Shown piece after piece: positions 15,960 through 24,965 of a stretch of 64,000 nucleotides of DNA (positions are counted from its first letter, which is position 1; every line of letters starts with the position of its first letter). The DNA comes from Anaerolineae bacterium. Lineage in GTDB: Bacteria; Chloroflexota; Anaerolineae; B4-G1; SLSP01. A program made the translations under genes and the position numbers. The notes beneath the pieces were generated by a model. The model ran no database searches, was not told the origin of the DNA, and saw only the letters and a list, made by a program, of their open reading frames with translations. Location: NCBI GenBank assembly GCA_049975525.1, contig JBNGCW010000006.1, forward strand, positions 68,702 through 132,701, given 5' to 3'.

Positions 15960-17549
15960 TCAGATCAGTTTTCCGGGATTCATAAGTTTTTCAGGGTCGA
16001 AAGTCTCCATGGCGACGTGGAGCGTTTTTACACCCAGCGTGCCTTTCTCCGCCGCCAGATAGGGCTTGTGATCGATCCCCACGCCGTGCTGATGGCTGAT
16101 GGTCGCGCCGTGTTCGACGATAACTTCGCTGGCGGCCCGCTTCATGGCCGACCAGCGGTGCAGGGTTTCCTCCGGTGTCGCCGTCAATCGGAAGACATAC
16201 TGCACGTAGACGCTGGCGCCGTAGGGGTAGAGGTGAGACATGTGGGTGAAGACGTGCACGCGCTCGCCGCCGGGCATGGCCTCACGGATGGCGCGCTCGA
16301 CGGCGGGGATCAGCGCGGCGACGTCGGCCCAATCCGTCGCCGTCTCCAGCGTGTCGATGCCGTAGCCCGCGTCCCAGAGCGCGTTGCGCAGGTAGGGCGA
16401 CGTGAAACGGTGCTTGTGCCACGTTTTGCCGAAGGTCTGGGTGCCGTAGACGCCGTGGTGCGCTCTGGCGATGCGCAGTGCCTCCCGGCGACCCAGGTCC
16501 ACGAGGCGCTCGCGTCCCGTCGCGCCGAAGAGCAGCATGCACTTGCCCGCGCCGACGCCGCGCAGGCGCAGGTAGGCCGAAAGACCGCCCAGCAACAGGG
16601 CGTGCCCCGCCATAGCCAGCGTCGTCTCCGTCTCCGCTGCGGTGCTCAGTCGCACCATGGAGAGAGGGAGGCGCGCCTGCAGCATCTCGCGGACGGCGGC
16701 GCGCCCGTGGTCGAAATCGGGGAAGAAGACGGCGTGGAACTCCTCCTGCTCCGGCAGCGGCGAGACCCGCACCGTCGCCTCGGTGATGATGCCCAACCGT
16801 CCCTCGGAGCCCAGTACCAGTTCGCGCAGGTCCGGCCCCGCCGCCGACGCGGGCAGGTTGGCCGGCAGCTCCAGGGTTCCCGCCGGGGCGACCAGACGCC
16901 CGCCGGCGAAGAGCTGCTCGATGCGCCCGTAGCCCAGCGACTGCTGCCCGCTGCTGCGCGTGGCGATCCAGCCGCCGAGGGTTGAGTATTCGAAGGACTG
17001 CGGGTAATGTCCCAACGTCCGCCCGTGGGCGCGCAATTGCGCCTCCAGATCCGGGCCGCGTGCACCCGCGCCGAAGGTCGCCAGGTTGCTCACCTCGTCC
17101 AGCGCGCAGAGACCGGAGAGCCGCGCCATATCCACGGTGAGTACCGGACGGTCGCCCGGCAGTGGGTTGATATGGCCGACGACGCTGGTCCCACCGCCGT
17201 AGGGGATCAGCCGCGCGCCGGTCTCCGCAGCGTAGTCGAGCAGGGCACGCACGTCGTCTTCACTCTCCGGGAAGGCGACGCCATCGGGGAAGGGGCCCGC
17301 GTTGCCGCTGCGCAGCGCCACCCAATCGGGGAAGCTTTGACCCCGCGCGTGCCGCAGGCGCGTCTCGGCGTCCGTGCAGATCAGCGGGTGGGCCGCCAGT
17401 CGCGATGCCGGTACCGTGGCGATGACATCCGTCAGCGCCGCGTCCTCCGGCGGGTGTCCGGGCCCCAGGAGCGCTTCAAGGAACCGGCGCGCCGAGTCCG
17501 GCAGCGGATAGTCAAAGGTATCGTCGCCCCAGCCGTTCCAACGTCGCAT
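15960..17549 (-). CDS. FAD-linked oxidase (alkyldihydroxyacetonephosphate synthase / GlcD-like FAD-binding oxidoreductase)
   Basis: 529 aa with an FAD_binding_4-like N-terminal half (RLIPYGGGTSVVG) and an AGPS/GlcD-like C-terminal half (ATISHQHGVG, FDPEKLMNPGKL). Confidence 0.7.
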   Translation of the reverse strand: MRRWNGWGDDTFDYPLPDSARRFLEALLGPGHPPEDAALTDVIATVPASRLAAHPLICTDAETRLRHARGQSFPDWVALRSGNAGPFPDGVAFPESEDDVRALLDYAAETGARLIPYGGGTSVVGHINPLPGDRPVLTVDMARLSGLCALDEVSNLATFGAGARGPDLEAQLRAHGRTLGHYPQSFEYSTLGGWIATRSSGQQSLGYGRIEQLFAGGRLVAPAGTLELPANLPASAAGPDLRELVLGSEGRLGIITEATVRVSPLPEQEEFHAVFFPDFDHGRAAVREMLQARLPLSMVRLSTAAETETTLAMAGHALLLGGLSAYLRLRGVGAGKCMLLFGATGRERLVDLGRREALRIARAHHGVYGTQTFGKTWHKHRFTSPYLRNALWDAGYGIDTLETATDWADVAALIPAVERAIREAMPGGERVHVFTHMSHLYPYGASVYVQYVFRLTATPEETLHRWSAMKRAASEVIVEHGATISHQHGVGIDHKPYLAAEKGTLGVKTLHVAMETFDPEKLMNPGKLI

Positions 17550-17630
17550 GATGCATCTCCTTCAAGAAACAGTCAGTTAGTCTTTTCGTCAGATCGTCGC
17601 ATAGTCAATGGATTGAGCGGAGTACAAGGA

Positions 17631-17760
17631 TTGACTCTACTGAAAAAAAGTCCAAAAAATCGGATTTTTAGCAAGACATCCCCTATATCTAGTGGTTTTG
17701 ACCGCGAATTTTCGCACATGTAGTGGCGAGTTCCGGAAAAATCCGATTTTTTCAGTGGAG
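17631..17760. promoter_or_regulatory. Intergenic region with the TTGACTCTACTGAAAAAAA motif and long imperfect inverted repeats (17637-17670 / 17735-17760); candidate operator for the FAD-oxidase/glpD operon
   Basis: aaaaaatcggattttt (17655-17670) is the exact reverse complement of aaaaatccgatttttt (17738-17753). ctactgaaaaaaa (17637-17649) pairs with tttttcagtggag (17748-17760). Confidence 0.45.
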
Positions 17761-17770
17761 TAAAGGGGTT

Positions 17771-18523
17771 TCAGTCTTCGTCTTCAGTTGTGTTCTCTGT
17801 GTCCAATCGTTCCCATAGCTCGATGCTTTTCTGCATTACTTCGCGCGTAATCCGCTCCGCGGCGTCGGCGTCCCCCCGCTCGGCCGCTTCCAGCAGCGCC
17901 GCGTAGAACGCCGCCGACGTCGCCCGCGCTTTTTCCGTGGCGAAGTAGCGCCGTGCCATCTTCTCGTAGAAGCCCGCGAACCCGTTGAGGATCAGGGGGT
18001 AGATGGGATTGCCCGACGCCAGAGTCAGTGTATGGTGCAGTGTCCAGTCGAAGGCAGCGTAGGCCGCCGGCGTCGCGGCCAGATCTGGATGTCCGCTCAG
18101 CCGGGAGATGACGGCCTGAGGATCGTGGGCGACCGCCGCGTGGGTGTAGGCCGGCGCCATGGCGAGACGCACCTCCAGCAGATCCCGCACAAAGGTCGCG
18201 GGCAGGCCCAGGTCATAGCGCACCAGCGTATCGAGGACGTTGAGCCCACCTTCGCGCCAGAAGTCATTGACCACGGTGGATTTGCCATGTTGGATGGTGA
18301 GCCAACCGTCGCGCTCCAGGCGCTGCAGCGCCTCGCGCAGGGTGGGGCGGGTGATGCCCAGCTGCTCGGCCAGCCGGCGCTCGCCGGGCAACGTCGAGCC
18401 GGGGGGATAGGTACCGTCGACGAAGGCGATGACCAGCGTTTCTTCCGCGTACTCGGCGGGTCGTTGAGGTGGCATAGGTCTCCTCTCTACTGGTAAGTGG
18501 TCTGACCAGTTGTATTGTACCAT
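17771..18523 (-). CDS. GntR family (FadR-like C-terminal domain) transcriptional regulator
   Basis: The N-terminal wHTH (LPGERRLAEQLGITRPTLREALQRLERDGWLTIQHGKSTVV) is followed by an all-helical FCD-like domain. Confidence 0.8.
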   Translation of the reverse strand: MVQYNWSDHLPVERRPMPPQRPAEYAEETLVIAFVDGTYPPGSTLPGERRLAEQLGITRPTLREALQRLERDGWLTIQHGKSTVVNDFWREGGLNVLDTLVRYDLGLPATFVRDLLEVRLAMAPAYTHAAVAHDPQAVISRLSGHPDLAATPAAYAAFDWTLHHTLTLASGNPIYPLILNGFAGFYEKMARRYFATEKARATSAAFYAALLEAAERGDADAAERITREVMQKSIELWERLDTENTTEDED

Positions 18524-18540
18524 AGGAAAGGGGGGAAGGC

Positions 18541-18580
18541 AAGGGGGTAAAAAGAGACGAGCACCTGCCGGTGCTCGTCT
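18541..18580 (-). terminator. Rho-independent terminator closing the NTPase/GNAT/radical-SAM transcription unit
   Basis: Perfect 10-bp stem GACGAGCACC/GGTGCTCGTC with loop TGCC (18556-18579). On the minus strand it is followed by TCTTTTTACCCCC. Confidence 0.6.
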
Positions 18581-18606
18581 GAGAGTATAAGAGCGTGATG
18601 GCTACG

Positions 18607-20133
18607 TCAGTGGCACCACCTCAGAAGACGCAGTCCCTCCAGGCGCAGGAGCGCAGGGAAGAGCGCGCGGTAAATGGCACAATAGGGGGAGGGGCCGGGC
18701 CTGGCCTGGACTGAGCGTGCCAGGAGTGGGCAGCCACCGGCACACCAGTAGCGCCAGGGGCACGTGTGGCATTGCAGCTTATCGTCCACGGGGACGTTTT
18801 GGAAGTTGGCATCAGCCGCCCGGATGGCATCGAGGGGGTCGTCGTTCTTGACGGTGCTCACGGTGTCATCCATGCGCATCTGGCAGCGGGACACGTTGCC
18901 CTGGGGGCCAATGACCAGGTAGCTGCGTCCGGCACCGCAGGGGTAGGCGTGGGGGCTGCTGAACAGGCTGCGATCCAGCAACCCATCGATAAAGCGCTCT
19001 CTGGGTAGATTTGCTTCGATGGTAGAGAGGGCGTTTTGCAACCCTGCGATCCAGCGCTGTTGGGCGTGGGGCTCTGCCAGGCGTGATATGCGCTCAGGAT
19101 CGCGCACAAAGTTGAGATTGAAGCGCAGATCGCGTTCCAGCGCAAAGGCGACTACCTCGCCGAGGTGATCGATGTTATGCTCGGTCACGGTGATGGAGAG
19201 ATAGGGAGCGAGGCCACGGTCTAACGCCCGATCGATAGTGCCGGCGACCTGTGCAAAGGAGCCCCGTCCATCGCTGAAAGGGCGTTGGGCATCGTGCGGC
19301 GCACCGACGCCGTCCAGCGAGATCATCAAGCGCACGTTTTGGTCCTGCAGCCAGGCGATCATGGCGTCGGTGAGACGGGTGCCGTTGGAGAGGAGGGTGG
19401 CGTGCAGTCCCAGACCACGGTGGTCCGTCAACGTCCGCGCATAAGCGTGCAGCGTGCTCACCAGGGGCCAGCGCAGTGTCGGCTCCCCGCCGGCGTACTT
19501 GAGTTTGACAGCCCGGAAGCCGTGCGCCTCGGCGGATCGAACGACGGCCTTGATGGCAGCGCGACCGGTGGCGACGTCCATCTCGCGTCCACGCTTGCGG
19601 ACGTAACAGTAGGGACAGCGGAGATTGCAGGCGTCGGTCACGTGCAGCCAGACGGTGAGGAGTTGCGGAGGCGCGTGCAAATGCTCGCCGGGTCCGCAGT
19701 CTGAGCTCAGCAGGCCCAGGGCGGCGAATTGCTCATCGGTTTCCGTCTTCAGGGGTCGGGGCTCCGTAAAGTGCGCGAACCGCTGCTGCGCGGCTGCGTT
19801 GAGCACCGCCACGGTGGCAGCGCCCTGGGTGTTGAAGAGTAGCGTATGGCCCTCCGGGAGCGGCGCTCGGTAGAGTGATGGGGGGATCTGCCAGAGAGCG
19901 TTGGTGCACGAGGGGGGTAGGCCCAGGGCAATCACCTCTGGGGCGCAGGCGCAGTCAGAGGCGGCTGTAGAATCCTTTAGCCAAATTCCACAGAACGATA
20001 GCGTCTCTGGGTACGCGCAGTCAGATTCGTTGTTCTCACCCAGGAGAGACCAAAAGAGCCGGGGGCGTTGCTTATTAAGCAAGGGTTTGTTCCCCCAATC
20101 GTAAACTACAAATCGTGTATCATCACCATCCAC
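18607..20133 (-). CDS. Radical SAM/SPASM-domain enzyme with an N-terminal roughly 150-aa extension containing a PqqD/RRE-like segment; a putative peptide-modifying maturase
   Basis: CNLRCPYCYV (CxxxCxxC), and C-terminal Cys clusters (CQMRM...CHTCPWRYWCAGGCP...YCAIY) typical of SPASM. The N-terminal HTLLFNTQGAATVAVLNAAAQQRF resembles the RRE/PqqD strand-helix. The start codon is uncertain, and the 5' end overlaps the GNAT gene by 28 nt. Confidence 0.75.
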   Translation of the reverse strand: MDGDDTRFVVYDWGNKPLLNKQRPRLFWSLLGENNESDCAYPETLSFCGIWLKDSTAASDCACAPEVIALGLPPSCTNALWQIPPSLYRAPLPEGHTLLFNTQGAATVAVLNAAAQQRFAHFTEPRPLKTETDEQFAALGLLSSDCGPGEHLHAPPQLLTVWLHVTDACNLRCPYCYVRKRGREMDVATGRAAIKAVVRSAEAHGFRAVKLKYAGGEPTLRWPLVSTLHAYARTLTDHRGLGLHATLLSNGTRLTDAMIAWLQDQNVRLMISLDGVGAPHDAQRPFSDGRGSFAQVAGTIDRALDRGLAPYLSITVTEHNIDHLGEVVAFALERDLRFNLNFVRDPERISRLAEPHAQQRWIAGLQNALSTIEANLPRERFIDGLLDRSLFSSPHAYPCGAGRSYLVIGPQGNVSRCQMRMDDTVSTVKNDDPLDAIRAADANFQNVPVDDKLQCHTCPWRYWCAGGCPLLARSVQARPGPSPYCAIYRALFPALLRLEGLRLLRWCH

Positions 20134-20585
20134 ATCGTATCACAAATCTCAAACTTAGTAAAGCTGTACTTCTTGAAGACATGAATGGCGCGCCGGTTGT
20201 CACGACGCGTTGTCAGTTTCAAGCGAGATAAACCACGGTGCTCAGCCCACGTCATGGCGTGTTGGATCAGGCAGGTGCCGAGCCCCTGATTTCGGTATGG
20301 GGGCAGCAACCCAAGCCCCAGTTCCGCTTCCTTTGGGGCATCCGTGGGAAAAACGCGGCACCAACCGATGGGACGTCCCTCTACCCTGGGCACCATCAAC
20401 AGATGGTCAGGACACTCCGGGTGGGAGAGCGCATGCGCCCACCTGGGGGTTGCTTTGAAACGAGCGGTGTGCATCCACTTACGCTCTCCGCAGACTGTAT
20501 CAATCACGGTGATAAGAAGATCTTGATCCTCAAGTCGATATCGAGAAACGATGAAGGTGTTGTAGCGCTCGAAGATGATATTCAC
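20106..20585 (-). CDS. GNAT family N-acetyltransferase
   Basis: The acetyl-CoA binding motif region is present (RNQGLGTCLIQHAMTWAEHRGLSRLKL...NRRAIHVFKKYSF). The start is apparently GTG. Confidence 0.8.
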   Translation of the reverse strand: MNIIFERYNTFIVSRYRLEDQDLLITVIDTVCGERKWMHTARFKATPRWAHALSHPECPDHLLMVPRVEGRPIGWCRVFPTDAPKEAELGLGLLPPYRNQGLGTCLIQHAMTWAEHRGLSRLKLTTRRDNRRAIHVFKKYSFTKFEICDTMWMVMIHDL

Positions 20586-20603
20586 GCCGAATAACTTCTT
20601 ATT

Positions 20604-23600
20604 TTATGTCAAAGAAACGTTACCCAGTTGCCTGGAGGCGAGCATCGTGTAGTGTTCATAAGACCCGAAAGTGTTTTCGAGCTCACGCCACAAGCGATTC
20701 TCCTCGGCTATAGTTGCCCATTCCCGGGCCATGTCACGGATAGTATTAAAGGCGGCAACCATCTCCTGCACATTCAACCCTTTCAGGCGTCTATGAATAG
20801 TGTTGAGCGCTCTGCGAATGCCCTGATATTCCTTACCCACCAATTCATTATATTCCATCGCCAGTACAAACTCTCGAATAGCTGTACAAAGGTTGGGATA
20901 GGGGGCTTCTTTTGTTCCTGCATCGAAGCTATCCATGGCCATCACGCCCCGCAAGACGTGTAATCGCCCCAATTGACTGAAGATGTCGATGAGAGTATCA
21001 TCGTTGATCTCCGGCTTCCGCTCTTTAGTGAGGAAATAGTCTCCAAAATTTCGCCTGGTTTCTTCCCCAAGTATTTCAAGGAAAGTCTCCGTATCCTCCC
21101 ACTCTTGTTCCGCGGCTCTCTCCGGTTGCTCTCTTTGCAGATAGTAGTACGTCCAGGCCAGACCCAGTGAAGCATCTAGATATTTCTGCCAGAGGTTTTC
21201 CTCTATAGCGATCTTCCTTGAGGCTTCCAGATTTTGAATCGCTGCTTTGGCGTGTTCTAAAGCGTGATCCTCTTCAGACAGAATAAGTTGCCGGTGGGTC
21301 AAGCCCTGTTCGTAAAGGGCAACCATGCGCCGCTCCGGTTCTCCATCTTTGAAGTGCTTCAATGCTTCTTTGGCTTCTTCTAAGGATTGCTGTAAAAGCC
21401 TAGGTCTCTCTCGCGCCGGTGTCTCTGGATCCTCACTCAAGAAGCGATGTAATCGACTTAGCGTCAGAAGAGATAGCCCTATGCCTCGCTTGAAATTCAG
21501 CGTTTGGGAAATCTCCAGAGATCTGGCTGCGTAGGGCTCTGCTTCACGGTAACGTCCTGCCTGGACTTCGACAGCAGCCCGCGTATTGTAGGTCAACGCT
21601 AATGGCAGGCGCGTGCCCAGCTTCTTACGCAGATTTAACGCATCTTTTACTTGATGACGGGCTACCTCGAATTCCCCGCTTAGCGCCAATGCGTATGCCA
21701 GATTTGTCAGCGTGTTCGCCTGCTCCGCTTCCAGTTTGGTAAGTCGCCAGTGCGGTAAGGCGTCTTGATAGGCTTCTGAGGCTGCGATAAATTGTCCCTG
21801 CACCCGGCGTAAATAGCCCAGATTGTTGTAGTTCCGTGCCAAAAGGGCGCTCCAGCGGATGAATTGGGAAGCGGGAACATCATATTCTTTTAGCTGCTTA
21901 TTGGCTGTGAGTAGAATATCTCCTGCCCGTTCGAGATCGTTTTGTTCGCTGTCTCCGCGGTAAATGCGAACCAATGCCTCCCATGTATTCAGTTCTGCTT
22001 CCGCCAGAACGCCACCATCAGCGACTAAGTCGCGTCCTCCATCGCGTAGCATCTGTACAATGCGCCAGGCTTCATCGAGGTTTTGTCGCTCGACGTACCG
22101 TTTTACCCACCGGATGGCCGCATCAGCCTCAAGATCGGCGCGTCTCAAGCCGTCGGCGATGATCTCCTGCTTGCCAGATGGATCCTGTTCGGCTACAAAA
22201 GTCAGGAGCTCGGCCCGCAATTGCATATCCAGATTCTCGTCGTGGGTGGCAATGGCCTCTTCTGCATAAAGGAAGTATGTCTGAAAACCCGCAGAGGGAT
22301 TCCAGCGCAGGCGATAATGCAGGTCTTCCACCAAAGCGTCTTCGAGGTACGCGCGAGCCTCCGCAACCTTTAAGGTATCAGGCAGTTCTTTTTCCAGGGC
22401 AGGATAGAGACCCGCGATGGCCTCCCGCGCCTCTTGGATGCGTTGCTTATAATAAGCCCGGATCTCCCGATAAACGCGCTCCCGCTCTTTATCTGCAATA
22501 TCTTTCAAGGCATGTTGGAACAACAAGTCGTACATCTCATCGTGCAGAAAGAGCCAGTCATCCTCAGGGCGGCGCTTGACGAAGGAGAGATCGCGGATCT
22601 GCTCCAGAGCATCTTCGACTTCTTCGAGCGTCAGGTCGGCAACGCGAGCCAGCAAAGCCGGTGGGCCACCTTTACGTAACCAGCCCAGTGCGATGATCAC
22701 CTCGTCGCCCGGACGGCGGTTCTCGCGCAGGGCCTGCACGAGACGCCTCCCTAGCTCGTCCCGTATCTCTTCTCGTCGATGGGTGGAGTATTGACGGGCT
22801 TCGTCCAGGGTGCTGCCAAAGGCTTCCAGCGGCCTGCCATCGATCACCAGGTGATCGATGGCGAGGGCCAACCAGATGGGCGGAATGGTCGGTGGATCTC
22901 CTCCATCGTGCAGACAATGAAAAATAGCGCGCCGTCTCTCTTGACCGAGGTGTTGAATGGCTTCTGCTGTCCTACGATCATGGGGGTTGTCGCTGTCCTG
23001 TGCAGCGGCAATAACGGCATCGAAATACGCTCGCGCTGCTTTTTCCTTCAAGCCTGATAGCTTCAAGGGTAGTATCTCCTGCCGTTCACTCAGACGGGCT
23101 TTCAATGTGGTGGCTAGATCCGGTTGATAAGGGCGTCCCGATAAGATCAGCACGACGTTTTGCACCTGTGGTAGGAACGTATTCAGCAACCACTTCAGTA
23201 CGTCGGGTTGCTCTTCCGTGATATGCAGATCGGCGGCGGCCAAATCCTCTTGTTGAAAAAGCTTCTCCACGGTGTCCAGCACCAACACCACACGCTGTTG
23301 ATCGGTAAGATTCTTTAGATCAGCGAAGAAAGCTTTTTGCAAGGCTTGGCGTTCGGCGGAAGGTATGGGTTCACCACGAGTGTAACGCTCACGAAGCTCT
23401 CGCCGCTTTTCTTGATAGCGCTCAAACTCAGTCGGTAAGACCGCCTGAATGCGTTCCATCAGCCCTGCAGCAGTACGCGCCGAGGTATGGTAAAGATCAA
23501 TGATGTCTGAGGCGACCAGCGGCTTGATCTCGAGTTGAGGGACATGTTCCAACACGTGTTGGACCAGGCGCGTTTTGCCGATACCTCCGGGGCCGGTGAT

Positions 23601-23720
23601 ATAGATGACGTAAGCGTTTGCGGTGTCAAGAATTGCTTGGTTGATCTGCAATACTTCTTTCTCACGTCCTACCAACTCAGGCGTGGCACGAACGCTCTCA
23701 TAGGTCTCGCGGTATGTCAT
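20604..23720 (-). CDS. STAND-type (AAA_16-like) P-loop NTPase with long C-terminal TPR repeat region (1038 aa)
   Basis: ELVGREKEVLQINQAILD...YVIYITGPGGIGKTRL (Walker A) and VVLVLDTVEKL (Walker B). The C-terminal half has multiple TPR-like repeats (LGYLRRVQGQFIAASEAYQDAL..., LTNLAYALALSGEFEVARHQ...). The region is about 50% GC versus about 67% in the flanks. RBS GGAGGG is upstream. Confidence 0.8.
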   Translation of the reverse strand: MTYRETYESVRATPELVGREKEVLQINQAILDTANAYVIYITGPGGIGKTRLVQHVLEHVPQLEIKPLVASDIIDLYHTSARTAAGLMERIQAVLPTEFERYQEKRRELRERYTRGEPIPSAERQALQKAFFADLKNLTDQQRVVLVLDTVEKLFQQEDLAAADLHITEEQPDVLKWLLNTFLPQVQNVVLILSGRPYQPDLATTLKARLSERQEILPLKLSGLKEKAARAYFDAVIAAAQDSDNPHDRRTAEAIQHLGQERRRAIFHCLHDGGDPPTIPPIWLALAIDHLVIDGRPLEAFGSTLDEARQYSTHRREEIRDELGRRLVQALRENRRPGDEVIIALGWLRKGGPPALLARVADLTLEEVEDALEQIRDLSFVKRRPEDDWLFLHDEMYDLLFQHALKDIADKERERVYREIRAYYKQRIQEAREAIAGLYPALEKELPDTLKVAEARAYLEDALVEDLHYRLRWNPSAGFQTYFLYAEEAIATHDENLDMQLRAELLTFVAEQDPSGKQEIIADGLRRADLEADAAIRWVKRYVERQNLDEAWRIVQMLRDGGRDLVADGGVLAEAELNTWEALVRIYRGDSEQNDLERAGDILLTANKQLKEYDVPASQFIRWSALLARNYNNLGYLRRVQGQFIAASEAYQDALPHWRLTKLEAEQANTLTNLAYALALSGEFEVARHQVKDALNLRKKLGTRLPLALTYNTRAAVEVQAGRYREAEPYAARSLEISQTLNFKRGIGLSLLTLSRLHRFLSEDPETPARERPRLLQQSLEEAKEALKHFKDGEPERRMVALYEQGLTHRQLILSEEDHALEHAKAAIQNLEASRKIAIEENLWQKYLDASLGLAWTYYYLQREQPERAAEQEWEDTETFLEILGEETRRNFGDYFLTKERKPEINDDTLIDIFSQLGRLHVLRGVMAMDSFDAGTKEAPYPNLCTAIREFVLAMEYNELVGKEYQGIRRALNTIHRRLKGLNVQEMVAAFNTIRDMAREWATIAEENRLWRELENTFGSYEHYTMLASRQLGNVSLT

Positions 23721-23735
23721 GATTTCCCTCCACTC

Positions 23736-24914
23736 TCAAGACAGTGCCATCACAGATGTGCAATCTGCTTCACGGTGTTGCAGCTGCTGCTGGTGATATT
23801 GATACGCTTTCTGCCAGTGTTCTTGGGTGCGCTTATATTTTTGGGCCCATCCCTGGTATAGATTGGCTGCCGCACATTGCAGGCGTTCCCAGGTGGCTGG
23901 TCTGTTGTTTCTCATGTACTGCTCAACCAGCTGGCGGACAGGTTCGTCCAGCGCGTATGCGCTTTCTTCGGAGTCCCAGCGTGCGAAACCTGTCTCGACC
24001 AACGCTTCGCGGACCTGACGCGCTTGTGCGTGGGACCAGTGATGATATTGGGAATTGTTGTGGTAGGCGGCTAACATGACCGGGATCCGCGCCTCATCGA
24101 AGACCTGCAGGACGCACAGAGCCTCAAGGTACTCGCGTACGCTCTGCCGTCGGCCTGGATCCTTGATGCTCTTCAACATCTCGTGGATGACTTGGCCGAG
24201 GGCTTCTCCTGGATCCTCGTGTTCGGCTAAGAGGTAAGTTGCCAGGGGATTCCCTTTGCTGATCTTATAGATCTCCTGTGCGCGTGAGACGGCTCGTTTG
24301 CGTTGTCGCTTCAATTGTTCGTGCGTCGCGGACTTGGAGAACGGCTCTAAATCGACAAATTCTGCATCAAACCTCAGTTCCGGCGTGGTAAAGGGATATG
24401 GACGTCCACGTCCTGCCAGGACAATCAGCGTTTGCGGTTCAACGGCCAGGGGGCCCAAGACGTACTCTTCCAGTGCGTCCAGCAGATCCCAACCGGCTTC
24501 GTAGACGTGATCAACCAGCAATACCAATACCCGGGCATTCAGTTGCTTGGTCACCTGTGCCAAAAAGCGCCGGCTCATCTCGGAAGGTTCATCGGTCTGC
24601 AGTTTGAGATTCAAGGTTTTTGCCAGGTGCTGCAGAATGTCGGTGACGGCGATCAAGGGATTCCAGTCCTCGTATGCCGTGAGATCCAGCCCACAAGGGA
24701 TGACCCCCCGCATACTGTCGAGTACCGTCTGCAGGTGTTTGAGCAGCCACGTTTTGCCGGTCCCTCGTTCTCCCAGGAAGATCACCGTCCGCTTAGGGAC
24801 CGATTTACCCTCAGCCAGACGGTGGGCTCTATCGATAACCTCCTCGATTTTATCTTCTCGGTCCACGAAGAGTTCCTTTTTGTATTCAAGTAGGGTAATT
24901 TCTTTGTTATTCAT
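23736..24914 (-). CDS. AAA_16/STAND-like P-loop NTPase (about 390 aa)
   Basis: FVDREDKIEEVIDRAHRL...VIFLGERGTGKTWLLKHL (Walker A) and VLVLLVDHV (Walker B). The start is chosen at the second ATG (MNNKEI) preceded by a purine-rich RBS. A 15-nt gap separates it from the downstream gene. Confidence 0.7.
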   Translation of the reverse strand: MNNKEITLLEYKKELFVDREDKIEEVIDRAHRLAEGKSVPKRTVIFLGERGTGKTWLLKHLQTVLDSMRGVIPCGLDLTAYEDWNPLIAVTDILQHLAKTLNLKLQTDEPSEMSRRFLAQVTKQLNARVLVLLVDHVYEAGWDLLDALEEYVLGPLAVEPQTLIVLAGRGRPYPFTTPELRFDAEFVDLEPFSKSATHEQLKRQRKRAVSRAQEIYKISKGNPLATYLLAEHEDPGEALGQVIHEMLKSIKDPGRRQSVREYLEALCVLQVFDEARIPVMLAAYHNNSQYHHWSHAQARQVREALVETGFARWDSEESAYALDEPVRQLVEQYMRNNRPATWERLQCAAANLYQGWAQKYKRTQEHWQKAYQYHQQQLQHREADCTSVMALS

Positions 24915-24965
24915 CTCGATTCTCCCTTCCATACAAAGCGGCGAGCGAACGCGGTTGGCGGCGTC

